Source of the DNA: Rhodospirillales bacterium
GTDB lineage: Bacteria > Pseudomonadota > Alphaproteobacteria > Bin95
Direction: 5' to 3'
NCBI GenBank assembly: GCA_038143065.1
Contig: JAYQLI010000035.1
Span: 416,001 to 480,000 of the forward strand
Length of the DNA: 64,000 nt
Each line of letters begins with the position of its first letter. Within the stretch, counting starts at the first letter, position 1. A program made the translations under genes and the position numbers. Shown here piece by piece: positions 44,176 to 54,868 of the stretch. The notes under the pieces are model-generated. The model did no database searches, was not told where the DNA came from, and saw nothing but the letters and a program-made list of their open reading frames with translations.

Positions 44176-47070
44176 ATGCAGTTCATAGACCTAATCAAAA
44201 AGTCTCCACTTGTTTTCGAAATGTTACAAGCGAGAGAAGCGCTCGAGAGTGTAATGGATCTCAATGAAGGTACCATTTCTTCTTTTGCACGTGTTCCACT
44301 TGGAAATGATTTTTTATTGGGGGTCTTTGGGGGCAGTCCATTTCTTACGCAAGCCTCAAGAGTAAGGCCAAGCACTCTGGCCCATGTATTAAATGAGGGT
44401 CCTGAAGCCTCGCTTAACGATTGCTTAAACTTATTCAGTGAATCAGTGCATATTATGGACCAGCGACAGTTTATGTCTGCTTTGAGAAAGGCGCGCACAT
44501 CGACGGCTTTAACTGTAGGTTTGGCCGACCTTGGTGGAGTTTGGGACACTTTAAGGGCTACCCGCTACCTTTCTGAGGCTGCCGACGCAGCAATTTCTGC
44601 GGCGGTTAATTGGCTTTTTATCGATGGCTTTCGTCGAAAAATTTTTACTAGTGCTGATCCATCAGGATTAATCGTACTGGGTATGGGAAAGCTTGGTGCC
44701 TGGGAATTAAATTATTCCAGCGATATCGATCTTATTCTGTTGTATGACCCGGATAAAATTCCGATATCTAATCTAGATAACATCCAGAATGAGATGACTA
44801 GATTTGCTCGTGGTTTGGCGCAGCTTCTAGAAGAACGAACCTCAGATGGATACGTGCATCGCACAGATCTGCGTTTAAGACCTGACCCTGCCTCTACACC
44901 TCCCGCTATCAGCGTTGAGACAGCGGCTGTTTATTACGAAAGTATCGGCCAAAATTGGGAACGTGCAGCGATGATTAAAGCGCGGCCAGTTGCTGGCGAT
45001 ATAGAAGCGGGTCAATCGTTTATTGCTTCTCTACGCCCTTTTATTTGGCGCAGGACACTCGACTTTCATGCGATAAAGGACATCCAGTCGATCAAACGGC
45101 AAATTGATCGCCGAGGTGGGTACAAACCATTAAGTGTAGAAGGTCATGATGTAAAACTCGGCAGGGGTGGTATTAGGGAAGTAGAATTTTTTGCCCAAAC
45201 TCAACAGTTAATATGGGGTGGTAGAAATCCCTCATTGCGCTCATCTAGCACAGTTGATGCCCTCAAATCATTGAATGCAGTAGGTTTGATTACACCTTCG
45301 ACATGCAAGGAAATGTCAGACTGCTACTTGAAGTTGCGCGACATAGAGCATCGTCTTCAGATGGTTGATGATCGACAAACTCATACGATCCCGGGATTAT
45401 CTGGCATTGAGAAATTTTCCCGGTTTGCTGGCTATCAAGATGTCAATGATTTTTGCACAGAACTCCTCAACACACTGCAAACCGTTGAGCGCAACTTTGC
45501 AGAGTTATTTCCTGATCAAGAAGGACTTGGGGGTATTGCTGGTGGTGCATTAGTCTTCACAGGAAACGAAGATCATCCAGAGACAATTAATACTCTTTTA
45601 GAGATGGGCTTTGCCTCACCCTCCAGAGTGATTGGCATTATCCGCTCATGGCATCACGGCCGAGTACGTGCTTCTCGAGCCCCCCGTGCAAGAGAAATCT
45701 TAACAGAATTAACTCCAGTTCTTTTAATGGAGTTTTCAAAAGCACCTAATCCTGATGTAGCTTTTCTAGCTCTAGATGGGTTTGTGCAAAAGTTACCCGA
45801 GGGCGTGCAATTCTTCTCTCTACTTCAAAGTAACCCTCATTTGATGGCGTTTTTGGCAAGAGTGCTTGGTCAGTCGCCGTATCTCGCAAATCTGATTAGC
45901 CATAGGCCGAATGTGCTTGATGTGGTTCTTACGGAAGAATTTGAAAAGGCTCCAGGAAATAAGAAAGCTTTAGAAGCCCAAATAGAGCAAGAAATATCGG
46001 ATGTGGACGACTTTCAAGATTTATTGGATAGCTGCCGTAGGTGGTTGAATGATCTACGGCTCAGGCTTGGTGTTCAGACTTTAGAAGGTCATTTAGAGCC
46101 GAGAAACTCGAGTATCGCTTTATCTGACGCGGCCGACATAATTTGTTCAAAATTATTGAGCTCCATAATGAACGAGTTTAGCGATCAGCACGGAGATCCT
46201 CCTGGAACGTTTGCGATCATAGCTTATGGTAAATGGGGCAGTCAGGAGTTAAGCATTGGTTCGGATTTAGATCTTGTTGCAGTTTATGATGCTCCAATGG
46301 ATGCCATATCACTCGGAAGAAGACCTCTATCAGCGCCTGTTTATTTCATGCGGCTTACTCAACGACTTGTTAGTGCATTAAATGTACCGACGGCTGAGGG
46401 CAGGTTATTTGAGGTTGATCTGCGCTTAAGGCCATTAGGGTCGGATGGGCCATTAGCTACCCAGATAGAAAGTTTTGAGAAGTATTTGATGGGGTCAGCA
46501 TGGACTTGGGAGTGGATGGCATTAAGCCGCGCAAGGCCGGCTATTGGCGATCAAAAGCTTCTTCAAAAGTTTGAGGAGCTTCGTGCCCGAACATTGAGAG
46601 CCGCTTCAACAAAGCCCTGTTTAATCTCCGATGTAATTGAAATGCGTACACGAATTTTATCGGAGAAAGGCCGCGGTGGAGTATGGGATATAAAGCAGAG
46701 ATCTGGAGGGTTGATTGATCTTGAATTCCTTACTCAGGCGTTAGTCTTAGTACACGGAGAAAATAACCATGTATTGGCTTCTAGGTCCCCGTGGGAACAA
46801 GCAAGAGCATTGCGCTCCTTAGATGACTATTTAAATACTGAGGAATTACTAAAAGCGGCCGAATTTTGGCAAAAACTTCAATGGTTACTGCAACTTGTTG
46901 GTCACAATGAAGTTGTTGGAGACGAAATTTTACATAAGGAAACCCAACAAGTTCTTGTTAAAGCATTAGGCCTGGAAGACTATGAAGAGCTTACCCATAT
47001 TAGGGAGGAAATAAGCGCAGCAGTAGCTGCTTCTTTTGAAACGCATATTGTTGGCCGAGAGGCCTCGTAA
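44176..47070 (+). CDS. glnE: Bifunctional glutamine synthetase adenylyltransferase/deadenylase
   Basis: Two NT domains: MGKLGAWELNYSSDIDL/DLRLRP and YGKWGSQEL..GSDLDL/EVDLRLRP; also VKLGRGGIREVEF. Confidence 0.95.
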   Translation: MQFIDLIKKSPLVFEMLQAREALESVMDLNEGTISSFARVPLGNDFLLGVFGGSPFLTQASRVRPSTLAHVLNEGPEASLNDCLNLFSESVHIMDQRQFMSALRKARTSTALTVGLADLGGVWDTLRATRYLSEAADAAISAAVNWLFIDGFRRKIFTSADPSGLIVLGMGKLGAWELNYSSDIDLILLYDPDKIPISNLDNIQNEMTRFARGLAQLLEERTSDGYVHRTDLRLRPDPASTPPAISVETAAVYYESIGQNWERAAMIKARPVAGDIEAGQSFIASLRPFIWRRTLDFHAIKDIQSIKRQIDRRGGYKPLSVEGHDVKLGRGGIREVEFFAQTQQLIWGGRNPSLRSSSTVDALKSLNAVGLITPSTCKEMSDCYLKLRDIEHRLQMVDDRQTHTIPGLSGIEKFSRFAGYQDVNDFCTELLNTLQTVERNFAELFPDQEGLGGIAGGALVFTGNEDHPETINTLLEMGFASPSRVIGIIRSWHHGRVRASRAPRAREILTELTPVLLMEFSKAPNPDVAFLALDGFVQKLPEGVQFFSLLQSNPHLMAFLARVLGQSPYLANLISHRPNVLDVVLTEEFEKAPGNKKALEAQIEQEISDVDDFQDLLDSCRRWLNDLRLRLGVQTLEGHLEPRNSSIALSDAADIICSKLLSSIMNEFSDQHGDPPGTFAIIAYGKWGSQELSIGSDLDLVAVYDAPMDAISLGRRPLSAPVYFMRLTQRLVSALNVPTAEGRLFEVDLRLRPLGSDGPLATQIESFEKYLMGSAWTWEWMALSRARPAIGDQKLLQKFEELRARTLRAASTKPCLISDVIEMRTRILSEKGRGGVWDIKQRSGGLIDLEFLTQALVLVHGENNHVLASRSPWEQARALRSLDDYLNTEELLKAAEFWQKLQWLLQLVGHNEVVGDEILHKETQQVLVKALGLEDYEELTHIREEISAAVAASFETHIVGREAS

Positions 47071-47086
47071 AATTAAGGATTTTGCA

Positions 47087-47545
47087 ATGCTTGATGTCGG
47101 TGATGTTGCTCCGGACTTTACCCTTCCAACCGATGGTGGAGGGGAGATAACGCTGTCCAGTATGCGTGGAAAGAAGGTTGTTCTGTACTTCTATCCAAAA
47201 GATGATACCTCAGGTTGTACCAAGGAGGCCTGCGATTTTAGGGAAAAAATATCAGAATTCGAGAAGGCTGGAGTAGTGGTTCTAGGTATGTCACCTGATG
47301 GTGTTAAAAAGCATGACAAATTTAAAGCAAAATATGACCTTCCATTTTCTTTGGTCGCAGATGAAGAAAAGACAGCCTTGGCAGCTTACGGTGTTTGGGT
47401 CGAAAAAAGTATGTATGGACGAAAGTATATGGGCGTAGAGCGTTCAACATTTTTGATTGATGTGGATGGTTCAATCCAGGCTACTTGGCGCAAGGTAAAA
47501 GTACCAGGTCATGTTGATGCTGTACTGGATGCAGTTCAGGCCTGA
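47087..47545 (+). CDS. bcp: Peroxiredoxin Bcp/PrxQ
   Basis: YFYPKDDTSGCTKEAC and ERSTFLID motifs. Confidence 0.95.
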   Translation: MLDVGDVAPDFTLPTDGGGEITLSSMRGKKVVLYFYPKDDTSGCTKEACDFREKISEFEKAGVVVLGMSPDGVKKHDKFKAKYDLPFSLVADEEKTALAAYGVWVEKSMYGRKYMGVERSTFLIDVDGSIQATWRKVKVPGHVDAVLDAVQA

Positions 47546-47697
47546 TCAGGTTTTCTAATGGTTTTAGTTTAGAAGGTGCATAAAAATACAATCTTCGCGT
47601 GAAAATTAGGTTAGACAAAGATTGGCCATATAAGGTCGATCGAGTTCATAATAGAGAAAAATACATTTCTGTGCGCGAGGTAATGGGAGAATGGATC

Positions 47698-48676
47698 ATG
47701 CAATTAAAGACTTCGCATATGAACGGTGATTTCGGCATTGTAATCCATGATGTAACTCGAGCAGATCTTAATGATGCAGATTTTCAATCTGGGGCTTTCG
47801 ACTTGTGGACTAGGCACGGTGGGTTATTGGCGGTGCGTGGTAACGACCTGGTTAACACATCACCACAAGAGTTGATGGCGTGGTCTGAGGTTTTTGGGTC
47901 CATTGAGTATGGGAATTTTGTTGCTCGAGAAGACAAGATGGTGGAAGGATTGCCAATTTTGCGGATTGGTAATGTCCGTGACGAGGGGGAAGTTAAAGTC
48001 TTCTCTTGCCCGCGTGCCGCAACTTAAAACCGACGCGGACATTCGGTACAATCCAGAGACACGTCGTCCGGTTTGGCATACTGATTCCACCTTTCGCCAA
48101 AGTCCGCCAATTGGATCAATTTTTCACTGCAAAATTGCTCCTGGATCTGGTGGTGAAACATTATTCGCCAACATGCGCGCAGCGTACAACGACCTCGACG
48201 ATGCAACTCGCGTGAAGCTAGACGGTTTAGAGGCAGTATGTTCGTTGGCGCACCATGACAAGAAAATCAACAAATATTCGCCGGATTATCCAATTCTGAC
48301 ACCTGAGCAGCGGGCTGCTAATCCGCCAAATAGGGTGCCGCTGGTTCTTAGGCATCCTGTAAGCGGGGAAAAAGCTCTATATGGCCTAAATAGCTCTACT
48401 TGCGCCATTCTTCCAAAGGATGAAGAAATTACTGCAGAAACCCTTGATATCTGCGACCTTGAGGGCGATGAGCATGAATCTGTTCAGATCTTGCGCGGGT
48501 TACTTCCTACAATAACTGGTCCAGAATACACGGTGAAATGGTCCTGGCAGCCTGGAGATATCGTTGCTTGGGACAACCGGTGTACTATCCATTCAGCCAC
48601 TGGATATGACTATGAAAACCAAAGCCGAGAAATGTGGCGCCTTACGCTGCTAGATCGCGCACAGGCTGAGAGCTAA
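47698..48676 (+). CDS. TauD/TfdA dioxygenase; frameshift near 47985
   Basis: [20 protein letters not shown] and WDNRCTIH...REMWR motifs. Confidence 0.88.
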
Positions 48677-49780
48677 CGATCCATTCCAGCTTTCTCAGCA
48701 AGTGAAGCTGCAAGAAAATCTCCAAGATCACCATTCAGGACGGCATCTGGGTTACCGGTTTCTACCCCCGTTCTAAGATCTTTTACCATCTGGTATGGTT
48801 GTAAAACATAAGAGCGAATCTGATGTCCCCACCCAATCTCTGATTTCTGTGCTTGTTCCTCCGCAGCGGCTTCCTCACGTTTCTGCAACTCATATTCGTA
48901 TAGACGTGACTTAAGCATATCCATCGCTGTAGCTCGGTTGCGGTGCTGTGAGCGATCATTCTGGCATTGCACCACTATTCCAGTAGGGGCATGCGTTATC
49001 CGGACTGCCGAGTCGGTTCTATTAACATGCTGTCCGCCGGCGCCAGACGCGCGATAGGTATCAATGCGCAGGTCTTTTTCTTCAATTTCTACTTGGATTG
49101 AGTCATCAACCACAGGATAAATCCAAGCAGAAGCGAAACTGGTATGCCTTCTAGCTTGGCTATCATATGGAGAAATCCGAACAAGTCGGTGTACTCCGGA
49201 CTCTGTTTTTAACCAGCCGTAAGCATTATTGCCTGAAACCCTAATAGTCGCTGATTTTAAGCCTGCTTCTTCGCCTGGGCTTTCTTCAAGAAATTCTAAT
49301 TTATATCCTTCCTTTTCAGCCCAGCGGGTATACATTCGAAGCAACATTTCGGCCCAATCTTGTGCCTCGGTCCCTCCAGCACCAGCGTGCACTTCGAGAT
49401 AACAATCGTTACCATCAGCCTCGCCAGATAAAAGACTTTGTAATCTAGCTCTTCTAGCATCAGATAGAAGTAAATTTAGTGAAGCTAATGCTTCTTCAAT
49501 AATTTCTTCGTCATCCTCAGCCTCGCCCATCTCAATAAGCTCAGCATTATCTGTTGCTCCATTTTCAAGTGCCTTGCAGGCTTCAATAGAGTCTGCAAGT
49601 TGTGTGCGTTCCCGCATTACTTTTTGAGCGGCTACAGGATCATTCCAGAGATCAGGGTTTTCTGCTTCTGCATTCAGTTCATCAAGTCGGAGAAGAGCAT
49701 TTTCCCAGTCAAAGATGCCTCCGTAATAAGGCAACAACTTCCTGAATTTCATCAATAAGAGTTTGGGCTTCAGCGCGCAT
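48673..49780 (-). CDS. prfB: Peptide chain release factor 2 with programmed +1 frameshift
   Basis: Frame 0 MRAEAQ...LLRRHL, then CTT-TGA-C, then DWEN. SPY stop-recognition loop and GAGGQHVN. Confidence 0.97.
49708..49722 (-). other. prfB +1 ribosomal frameshift cassette
   Basis: Minus strand reads GGAGG-CAT-CTT-TGA-C: internal SD, 3-nt spacer, slippery CTT and the UGA stop. Confidence 0.95.
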
Positions 49781-49941
49781 CTTTAAGTCTCCGATTGAAC
49801 TGGTAAAGAATGTATTAGCCTGAGATTGAATTGCTGCCAAACCTAGCATTGCGACGCATCATGACCAAATAAAATGTTGCGCTCTAAGGACTGTCAGGAG
49901 CATGCTAGGCTTATTGCGTTAGGAATTGTCACGAGGTTGCT

Positions 49942-50725
49942 ATGTATGCGGTAAGTAGCCATGAAGCTAGAGAAGTAAAAACAGAAACGCCAGAAGGCAC
50001 AAACCGGCGAATTGATTATATCGGTAGCGGGCGTAATAGATGCGCACCCACAGGCCTTTTATGTTGACCGTTTATATAAAAATGCGCGAATTGATCCCCA
50101 TTTTCATGACATAGACCAATACCAAGTTGTGGTCGATGGTTCATGTAAGATGGGTAAACAAGCTGCAGACCCAATTACTTTTCAATACGCAGATGCCTAC
50201 ACACCTTACGGTCCAATCATAGAGACTAGTGGAGAGGGTTTCGCATTCTTTACGCTTCGCCCGATCGCTAGTGGCGGCTTTTTTGCGATGCCTGGAAATA
50301 AACATAATATGCCTGGTAGAGCGGGGCGTAATATCGCTGGGCGATTCGATACGACGAGACCTTTGCCTAAAGAGGGGCAAGCGGTTTTGGAAAAATTAAT
50401 GGACGATCAACTTGACGGTGTAGCTGCATTTGGTCTTCGCCTTGGGCAGGATGCTTCCCTTGCGGGGCCTCCATCAAATGCTGGCGGGCAATATTATCTG
50501 GTATGTGAGGGAGATGTTTTAATTGGTGATAAAAATTTAGACCGACGCAGTCTTGTTCATATGATGCCCGGCGATGCAGCTCCTGTTTTTCAAGCTGGAA
50601 AACATGGGGCAGACATTTTGTGTCTGCAATTTGCGACACCATCGGATCGTCCAGGATCTGATCCCGTAGAGCGAGCTAACCGAGATCCAAATGCATATAT
50701 GCGTCGGCCTGATGAACAAGGCTAA
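49942..50725 (+). CDS. Hypothetical cupin-like protein; frameshift near 50030
   Basis: GAGG RBS before the ATG at 49942; PHFH..DQYQVVVDG cupin-like metal motif. Confidence 0.6.
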
Positions 50726-50730
50726 TCAGA

Positions 50731-51656
50731 ATGCAGCAAGTTCGATTGCATGAAAGTCTAAGAGCTGTTTTTTATACGCCGTATTATGCGGCACTGGAGC
50801 GGGGAGGGCATCAGAGAGAGGGTTTAGACGTAGTTTTAACTCAGCCGAGTGGACCAAATAGGGCCGCAAGCGATTTGTTTGACGGTTATGCCGATGTTAC
50901 TTGGGGCGGCCCGATGCGGATGCTCCAATGTATGAGTCAAAATCCAAGTATAGAAAATCGCCTAGTAGCATTTGGTGAGGCTGTAGCTAAAGACCCTTTT
51001 TTATTGATTGGAAATCGCCCGTTTCCTGATTTCCACTTTAGTGACTTGAGAGATTGTCGCTTGGCAACAGTTTCCGAGGTACCAACTCCTTGGCTTTGTC
51101 TTCAGGAAGATCTGAGACGCGCTGGGATAGATCCAAGCAGCATTGATCGTGTCTCTGATAGAACTATGGCAGAAAATGCAGATGCTCTCCGTGCTGGTGA
51201 AGTTGATGTTATTCAGGTTTTTGAGCCATTTGTGCAGACCCTTGTTGCTGAAGGCGCCGGACACATTTGGTATGCAGCTGCCTCTCGGGGATTAACCAGT
51301 TACACTACGTATTATGCTCCGCTCTCCTTCTGCAAATCGGAGAGAAATATCCTTCTTAGTCTCACAAGAGCTCTTTATGACGTTCAAATTTGGCTTCATG
51401 AAGCACCCATTTCTGAGGTGGCTAAGACCGTCCATAAATATTTTCCAGAACTTTCGGACTCTATTTTAGAAGGGGCTATCCATCGGTATTTAAATCTAGG
51501 AATTTGGGGCGGGACCCCTTGTTAGATATGTCTGGATATTTGCGTCTCAAAATGGCTCTTATTTCGGGAGGCTTCATAGAGCGCGATACACCTTATGAAG
51601 AGTGCGTTGACCCGAGCATTGCAAAAACCATTATTTCCGAACGCGAGACAACTTAG
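50731..51656 (+). CDS. NitT/TauT (NMT1/THI5-like) ABC substrate-binding protein; frameshift near 51518
   Basis: RAVFYTPYY.A, WGGPMR, DPFLLIG and FEP motifs. The shifted tail ends at TAG 51654-51656. Confidence 0.8.
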
Positions 51657-52120
51657 GGTCTTGGAGCGTCCGTGCGCACTGAAAAATCGACGATAGTGTC
51701 AGCAGTCGCAACTGCGACTGATCCATAAATAGGTCACCGTTGTTTCCATGCTTTTACAAAGTACTTTGCGGCTTCACTTGTAACACCCCAAAGCTCAAAA
51801 TTCACCCTGACAGCGTCATAGAGTGCCACCTTGCCCGAGGGTTTGTCTTTATTTCGATATAGCGAGACGTTTACTTCCAGTCCGGCAAGATCTTTGCCTT
51901 CATTTTTAGCTATCGTCTCGACCATATTCACAGCACAGGCAGATATAGAGGCGCAAAAGAGTTCGCCTGCACCAATACTTTCGCCACCAGAGTTTTCAGC
52001 CACCCAGTGATGATTTCTAGCGTTGCACACAGAGCGTCCTGGAATTCCAATACTATAGCTTCGTGCTGCGTACGCTAAATCTAATCCGTCCATCATATTT
52101 CCCGACTGCTGGTCGTTCAT
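51653..52120 (-). CDS. OsmC/Ohr-like protein, probable selenoprotein (in-frame TGA at 51734-51736)
   Basis: GELFCASISAC first-Cys motif. Read-through gives WKQR-U-PIYGSV (OsmC C-P motif) and 26 more codons to TAA. Confidence 0.78.
51703..51733 (-). promoter_or_regulatory. Putative bacterial SECIS element
   Basis: On the minus strand, 13 nt after the UGA: 7-bp stem CAGUCGC/GCGACUG with an AGUU loop (G at loop position 2). Confidence 0.65.
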
Positions 52121-52197
52121 GAACTCATTTATACGAAACACTACCGAAAAGAGTGCGGTGAAATAACTTTTTAATTGTCCCGGGGGGCAACATTTTA

Positions 52198-53859
52198 TTA
52201 TCGTGGAATGAAACGAGATCGGCGATCTTCCACGTTGGCAGCCACCTCTATCAAAACAGCTTTACCTGACGCATTTAGGCGCTGTGCTTCAACCAGAGCT
52301 GGTTCCAATTCTGATATTTTAGATACTTTAATGCCAACAGCCCCCATACCCTCGGCTATTTTCGCATAATCGCCATGCATTGTTGAAACCCCATAGATTT
52401 CACGGGCTTCTTTACCAATGGTACCTTGGGTTGGTCCTGAGTAGGTTGCCATTGCACTATTATTTAATAGAACAGTCGTTATTACTGCGCCCGATCGAGC
52501 GGAAGTCTCTATATCGGTGCCTGACATTCCAAAAGCCCCATCTCCCATAAGGTTCAGGCAAAACTTTTCGGGCTCTGCCATTTTCGCCCCAATCATTAAA
52601 GGAATTCCAAACCCTAAATGAGTTGTTTTACCCCATCCAATATAGCTATGAGGGGTGGTTGCTCTATAGAACGGTACAATCGTATCCCTTGGTGCCCCTG
52701 CATCATGGGTTACGATGCTTTTATCTGGATCGAGTGCATCATTTAAAGCTTGAATCACTCTATAATAGCTAATTGGTTCTTCATTTCCTTCAAGGATTGG
52801 GCTCCATTCTGCCATCCATTTTGCCTTAGCGTCAGAAACAGCGCTTTCAACTTGTGTTCGGTTACCGCAGCCCGTTCCATTAGTCTTTGTTTTTATCGTA
52901 GCGATTAGAGCTTCTATTGTAAGTTTTGTGTCGCCTACCAATCCGATGTCGGCAGCCTCATCCTTGTTTAGATCATCTGGATTATTGGTATTGTGGATTA
53001 TCGTTTTTCCCGCATGTACCTTTTGAGCATAGGGTGAGCGGGTCAGGCTTGAGCCTAAAGCCACTAAAACATCACTTTCAAGTAGCCATTCATGCGCGGG
53101 GTAGGTTGTTGTCCCACTACCTGCACCTAAGCTCAACGGATGGCGTTCATCAATCGCTGATTTTCCAGGCATTGTGCAAAATACGGGTATTGAAGTTAGT
53201 TCAGCTAATTCGCGAAGTTCATTAGTTGCTTGTGAAAAGAGAACCCCAGCTCCAGCCCATATTACTGGCCTTTTAGCGGCGATAATTGCGTCTGCTGCCG
53301 CCTCAATATCTACCAACTCCGGTACTTGACGGACTAATTTCGGGGATTTGTAAGACTGGGCAGCCTCAGGCACTTCCTGTGAGCAGACATCAGCGGTCAA
53401 CTCAACAACAACCGGACCTGGGGCTCCATTGCGTAGAGCATGAAAAGCCCTGCGCATCACATCAGCAACCTGGTTAGGAGTATAAATTGCCTCAACGTGC
53501 TTTACCCAGCCATGGTAATTACGAGCTGCACTGAAGTTTGGCTTAACAGAAATCCGATCAAGTGTATTTCCACCGACAAAAGCCAAAATTGGAATATTGT
53601 CGGCGTAAGCTTGTGCCAATCCTCCCATGGCATTCTCTGCCCCCGCTTGGCTTTGGACAGCCACGACGCCAAATTTCTGGCGATCACTAATGCGACTATA
53701 TCCATCAGCTGCCATTACAGCGCCGCGCTCATGGCGGAAGGCTATTGGTCTAATGCCTACCTTAGCCGCTGCCGTAATAAGCGGGTTGCTTGGGAAACAT
53801 GACATCCACTCAACACCTTCTTGTTTAAGAATTTGAGCGATGTAATCAATGCCATTCAT
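52198..53859 (-). CDS. ThDP-binding acetolactate synthase-like enzyme
   Basis: RHERGAVMAADGY, GAPGPV and GDGAFGM...LLNN motifs. Confidence 0.88.
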   Translation of the reverse strand: MNGIDYIAQILKQEGVEWMSCFPSNPLITAAAKVGIRPIAFRHERGAVMAADGYSRISDRQKFGVVAVQSQAGAENAMGGLAQAYADNIPILAFVGGNTLDRISVKPNFSAARNYHGWVKHVEAIYTPNQVADVMRRAFHALRNGAPGPVVVELTADVCSQEVPEAAQSYKSPKLVRQVPELVDIEAAADAIIAAKRPVIWAGAGVLFSQATNELRELAELTSIPVFCTMPGKSAIDERHPLSLGAGSGTTTYPAHEWLLESDVLVALGSSLTRSPYAQKVHAGKTIIHNTNNPDDLNKDEAADIGLVGDTKLTIEALIATIKTKTNGTGCGNRTQVESAVSDAKAKWMAEWSPILEGNEEPISYYRVIQALNDALDPDKSIVTHDAGAPRDTIVPFYRATTPHSYIGWGKTTHLGFGIPLMIGAKMAEPEKFCLNLMGDGAFGMSGTDIETSARSGAVITTVLLNNSAMATYSGPTQGTIGKEAREIYGVSTMHGDYAKIAEGMGAVGIKVSKISELEPALVEAQRLNASGKAVLIEVAANVEDRRSRFIPR

Positions 53860-54017
53860 GGATGTGTTCCCTTAGGTGGTTGCGGTGCAAAAAAGCAATT
53901 AAGCCTTCGTTTAATATTAAAAAGTTCTTTTTAAAATTTACTCGACGTCGATCGCATACAGTGCCAGGCTACTATAAGTTTAACGGAAAATTCATCCATA
54001 AATATACAGAGGTTTTT

Positions 54018-54785
54018 ATGCGTAAGAATAAAATTAAGGAGATGTGGCGCGATGGGAAACATGCGACGCTTGGTTGGCTATCGGTTTCTCATGGTTTTAC
54101 AGCTGAAGTGATGGCCCGACAGGGGTTTGATGCCTTGTGTGTTGATTTGCAACACGGTTTATCGGAGATGAAAGATGTCGCTCCAATGTTGCAAGCGATT
54201 TCTCAAACAGAAACGGTTCCTGTGGTACGAGTCGCTTGGAACGATCCCGCTGCAATAATGAAAGCGCTCGATCTTGGCGCATATGGAATCATTGTGCCGC
54301 TTGTAAATAATGCTGAAGAGGCAGCAGCTGCCGTGTCAGCCTGCAGGTATCCCCCAATAGGAATGCGGTCTTCTGGGCCGGTGAGGGCTCTGCACTATGG
54401 AGGGTCAGATTATTTTGATCATGCTAACGACGAAATAGTCGTAATGGCAATGATTGAAACAAAGCAGGGCATCGAAAATTTGGATGAAATTTGTGCGACC
54501 CCTGGGCTTGACGCGGTGTACATCGGGCCAGCGGACTTATCGTTCGCTTTGGGAATGCCTCCACGAGCAGATAACCCAGATGAGCTTCATTTAGAAACCT
54601 GTGACAGGATTTTGGCTGCAGCTCATAAACATGGGATTAAAGCTGTAATGCATTGCGCTAGTGGAGAATTTGCTGCGGGTGCTGTCAAACGTGGTTTTGA
54701 CATGGTTATGCTCACATCTGATATCGCTAGTATGGCTGCAGGTGCAAAAAACCAACTTGATACTTTTAAGACCAAAACAGCCTAA
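54018..54785 (+). CDS. HpcH/HpaI family class II aldolase
   Basis: VDLQHG, KALDLGA.GI.VP, AMIET and YIGPADLS motifs. Confidence 0.9.
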   Translation: MRKNKIKEMWRDGKHATLGWLSVSHGFTAEVMARQGFDALCVDLQHGLSEMKDVAPMLQAISQTETVPVVRVAWNDPAAIMKALDLGAYGIIVPLVNNAEEAAAAVSACRYPPIGMRSSGPVRALHYGGSDYFDHANDEIVVMAMIETKQGIENLDEICATPGLDAVYIGPADLSFALGMPPRADNPDELHLETCDRILAAAHKHGIKAVMHCASGEFAAGAVKRGFDMVMLTSDIASMAAGAKNQLDTFKTKTA

Positions 54786-54837
54786 CTTTGCTTTGAGTAC
54801 AAAAGTACGATGACACCACATAGTATGGTGGCCAAGT

Positions 54838-54867
54838 TATCCGGGTGGCAGCGTCGTCATCCGGATA
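54838..54867. terminator. Hairpin between convergent genes (putative terminator)
   Basis: TATCCGG...CCGGATA stem with further G-U/G-C pairs. Confidence 0.45.
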
Positions 54868-54868
54868 C

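Noticed and set aside
49842-49909. Possible ncRNA (CCTAGCAT...ATGCTAGG inverted repeat) between prfB and the cupin gene
   Set aside because: Only an 8-bp outer stem with an imperfect interior, in a divergent promoter region; no recognisable RNA family.
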